Source: a virus
Reading direction: 5' to 3' (one strand)
Virus record (IMG/VR): IMGVR_UViG_3300027822_000001
Span: 1-64,000 of that record
DNA length: 64,000 nucleotides
Below are positions 61,370 through 64,000 of this stretch, piece by piece. The position numbers and the translations under genes are program-made. The number at the start of each line of letters is the position of its first letter. Positions within the stretch are counted from its first letter, which is position 1. Below the pieces are notes generated by a model, which ran no database searches, had not been told where the DNA came from, and was given only the letters and a program-made list of their open reading frames with translations.

Positions 61370-61771
61370 TCATTTATTTATAAGTTTAATTCTTGTTGAT
61401 ATTGTAGACATGCTATTAGCTTTATTAGCTATATTATATTTTATAATATACTCTTCATTATCTTTTAAAATCTTTTTTAATATTTTACATCTTAAAAGTT
61501 CTCCATAAGTAAAAGATTTTGCGTCATCTCCTGCTAAAATATAAGCTTCTTTGTATGCTCTTTTTCTCTCGTAATAAGACAGAACTCCAAAAATTTGAGC
61601 AATATGATTAAAACAAAAACAAAAACCCATAGAATAAAGTATCTTTTGCTCTATTTCTATATCATTAATAGTAGTCTTTATAATATAATTCTTTTGTTCT
61701 TTTCTAGCCTTATCCATTAAGTAGTATATTATAAACCTATACTTCTTTGGAACTATTTTAAATTTTTTCAT
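61370..61771 (-). CDS. Hypothetical protein, GxC family (divergent copy)
   Basis: MKKFKI...YR..IY...GFC...LRCKIL. Confidence 0.55.
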   Translation of the reverse strand: MKKFKIVPKKYRFIIYYLMDKARKEQKNYIIKTTINDIEIEQKILYSMGFCFCFNHIAQIFGVLSYYERKRAYKEAYILAGDDAKSFTYGELLRCKILKKILKDNEEYIIKYNIANKANSMSTISTRIKLINK

Positions 61772-61780
61772 TTTAGTTGT

Positions 61781-62161
61781 TTACTTAATTCTTTTTTTAC
61801 TTCTTTTTTCTTCTTCTAATATATTCTCTAAACATTCAATTCTTTCTTCAAAAGAGTCAAACCAAAAAGATTCATTATGTTTGCTCCTATCTCCTACATA
61901 TTGTGCTACTTCTATTAACATTTGTTTATTTGCTTTTTTTAGATGTAAAGCGTCCATAATTTCATCAGCATTTGCACACATACCAACAAAAGAATCAAAA
62001 TATAAATCTACTTCAATAACTGTGCGATTTTTAAATGTTATCAGTATAGTTTCTATAATAGTTTTTTGAAGCTTATAAGACTCTAACATTTTTTTATATG
62101 CATACATTCTTAATTCTTTGGGAGCAACTACATAATTTTTTCTAATTTTAAACTCTTTCAT
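61781..62161 (-). CDS. Hypothetical protein, GxC...WF...ERI family (copy 2)
   Basis: MKEFKI...LR..AY...GMC...FWF...ERIECL. Confidence 0.6.
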   Translation of the reverse strand: MKEFKIRKNYVVAPKELRMYAYKKMLESYKLQKTIIETILITFKNRTVIEVDLYFDSFVGMCANADEIMDALHLKKANKQMLIEVAQYVGDRSKHNESFWFDSFEERIECLENILEEEKRSKKRIK

Positions 62162-62165
62162 ATCG

Positions 62166-62426
62166 TTATTTTTTACTTGAATTTATAAGTTCATCTAAAG
62201 TTGGACAATAACATTCGTCTTTTCTTCCCTCTATATATAATTTAACATTGGCAAGAGTTCCTAATAGTGTATGACAAACATGCTCTTTATTTACTAGTTC
62301 CTTTATTGCTTTATTTAAAGTCTTTAATTCTTCTGATAGTGTTTTTTCCATCAATTTATAGTATAAGAAACTTCTATAGCTAAATATGTATAGAATATAA
62401 TTTTTTATTTCTTTTATGTATTTCAT
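62166..62426 (-). CDS. Hypothetical protein
   Basis: Operon ORF. Confidence 0.5.
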   Translation of the reverse strand: MKYIKEIKNYILYIFSYRSFLYYKLMEKTLSEELKTLNKAIKELVNKEHVCHTLLGTLANVKLYIEGRKDECYCPTLDELINSSKK

Positions 62427-62929
62427 ATCTTGTATTTATCGGTTAATTTATTTCTCTGTGGTAATTTAAACATTCTAACTAATGACATAAGAACTTCTTC
62501 TCTATTATCATCGCTTTTAGTTCTTACCCCATTAATACTTACGTTCCTAATATAGTTGTTAAACATAAATTCCCAGCTTTTAAGTAAATCTTCAGCTGTA
62601 AAATCTTTATCGTTTAACACTTTCCTTACTTTTATTATGCCATATCGTTCCGTCTCCGGAAATTCATGTTTATTTATAGCATCATCATCTATCTCTGGAA
62701 ATCCATACTTTTCAGAAACATATCTTACGGCATCAGCTGAGCTGGAAGCAGTAAAATTCTTAATTATTCCTCTAACTTCTCCCCCATCTTCATCATAAGG
62801 AACTACAAAATGTACTTCATACTCTTGTCTTTTCAAAAAATCTGTATCTATTTGACCCAATGCTTTAAAAACTAACTCTTCAGTACTTATTTCAGGAGTC
62901 TTATTGGTTTTCTTATTTTCTTTAGGCAT
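62423..62929 (-). CDS. Hypothetical protein
   Basis: 168-aa ORF overlapping the end of the UDG gene. Confidence 0.6.
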   Translation of the reverse strand: MPKENKKTNKTPEISTEELVFKALGQIDTDFLKRQEYEVHFVVPYDEDGGEVRGIIKNFTASSSADAVRYVSEKYGFPEIDDDAINKHEFPETERYGIIKVRKVLNDKDFTAEDLLKSWEFMFNNYIRNVSINGVRTKSDDNREEVLMSLVRMFKLPQRNKLTDKYKI

Positions 62930-63546
62930 TGTAATAATATATCAGAGTTATATAAGTTTTTATTCTTATTATATTTACTTGCAGCTGGATGTATATCTTT
63001 AAATACATTATGATTCTTTTTATCCACTGCATATTCAAGTCGTTTAGCAACACTACCTAATAGTAAAAAGCAGACATTGCTATTGTATTTCTGTATTATC
63101 TTCATTATATTAGCTGTAAAAGTGTACCAATAAGGGTGGTCAAAAGCTAAAGATTTTCCATATCTTACAGTCCATATTGTGTTTATTAGAAGAACTCCTC
63201 TACCTAATAAATAATATAAATTGTTATTCTCCTCTCCTTCTTGCCCTAATTCTTTAGAAGTATTAATAAATAACTTATTTAATACTTGTAGAGAATATGG
63301 AGTTTTCAAAGTGTTCTTAGAAGAGAAAGCTAATCCATCATAATGATATTTAAATTCTCCAAACTCAATAAGTCCAGTAGCATAAGGGTCTTGTCCTATT
63401 ATTACTAGATTTATGTCTCTTAAGTCTATCTTTTTAAGAATTTCAAAAGGTAGCTTGTTTGGAATAACATCATTGTACTTATAGACCTCTTTTAACAGTT
63501 TCTGCATATAAGGAAGTTCTATTTGCTTTTTTATTAAATCTAACAT
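62887..63546 (-). CDS. ung: Uracil-DNA glycosylase (family 1)
   Basis: VIIGQDPY, GLAFS, GVLLINT..TV, FLLLG, HPAA. Confidence 0.9.
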   Translation of the reverse strand: MLDLIKKQIELPYMQKLLKEVYKYNDVIPNKLPFEILKKIDLRDINLVIIGQDPYATGLIEFGEFKYHYDGLAFSSKNTLKTPYSLQVLNKLFINTSKELGQEGEENNNLYYLLGRGVLLINTIWTVRYGKSLAFDHPYWYTFTANIMKIIQKYNSNVCFLLLGSVAKRLEYAVDKKNHNVFKDIHPAASKYNKNKNLYNSDILLQCLKKIRKPIRLLK

Positions 63547-63549
63547 AAC

Positions 63550-63591
63550 AAAAAAAAGCTACAACAGATATATGAAATACCTGCTGTAGCT
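63550..63591 (-). terminator. Intrinsic terminator just upstream of ung
   Basis: Minus strand AGCTACAGCAG-loop-CTGTTGTAGCT followed by a T run. Confidence 0.7.
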
Positions 63592-63602
63592 AATTAGTAA
63601 AT

Positions 63603-64000
63603 TTAATAGCGATTACAAGCAAGTCTTAAACTAATAGATAGTTTGGTTTCTTCATCAGACAACATCATACTCAAATGATTTTCATCAAAATAACCTGTAT
63701 CTTTTATTTCATTCACTATACTTAGTGCTCTTAATGAAATATCTGTTTTAAACTTGTTCTGCATCTCTTTAAATCCATCTTTAGTAGTAAGAACTATAAA
63801 AGCAGACATAAAATCTGTTTTTTGCCTAATATTATTGTCTCTTATTACATTTATCTTTCTAAATCCCAAAATTCGGAAGTTATTAAAGTTTCCATTAGCA
63901 ATTTCAATGAATCCAATAGCTTCGTCTATTCGTTGAATAAGATGTTTTCTCGTTTTATTAGCTTGTACCCAAGCCAAAGAACGTTCTAATTCTTCATCTT
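63603..64000 (-). CDS. Hypothetical protein, 5'-truncated
   Basis: Frame stays open upstream of TTG 63977 to the window edge. Confidence 0.55.
   Translation of the reverse strand, partial: DEELERSLAWVQANKTRKHLIQRIDEAIGFIEIANGNFNNFRILGFRKINVIRDNNIRQKTDFMSAFIVLTTKDGFKEMQNKFKTDISLRALSIVNEIKDTGYFDENHLSMMLSDEETKLSISLRLACNRY

Noticed and set aside
1-64000. Genome-wide stop-codon reassignment (TAG or TGA), as in some crAss-like phages
   Set aside because: Genes up to 9 kb are open under the standard code. TAG ends several genes (5524, 22484, 43495, 48881, 55421, 58342) and TGA ends many others.

Overview
AT-rich, densely coding fragment of a crAss-like (Crassvirales-type) phage, probably infecting Bacteroidota, with two convergent arms and the standard genetic code. 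The + strand (<1-41345) is the virion arm. It carries tail-fibre and LamG adhesin genes, accessory genes (YfiM-like membrane protein, permuted NlpC/P60, metallophosphoesterase), two tail ring proteins, an HU/IHF-like protein, the muzzle/tail-stabilisation protein and five ejected cargo proteins. The cargo set includes a 3062-aa virion RNA polymerase (DFDID motif) fused to two zincin domains. The - strand (41493->64000) is the replication/early arm: dUTPase, primase, SSB-like protein, AAA ATPase, DnaB-like helicase, family A DNA polymerase, GroES-like protein, class II RNR, DEDDh exonuclease, M15 endolysin, spanin-like protein, DUF3310, ParB-N, UDG and many small ORFs. Strongest unexplained signals: (1) the three giant cargo proteins (6274 aa) contain only four cysteines by my reading, all at the two gene junctions, suggesting head-to-tail linkage; (2) a polar 21-bp dyad, AAAGT-N11-ACTTT, occurs as pairs in three intergenic regions, oriented with transcription and beside terminators; (3) T-depleted, CA-rich codon patches mark the ends of domains in the LamG genes; (4) two genes are broken by single in-frame stops. 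All assignments come from motif recognition and gene order, not from database searches.
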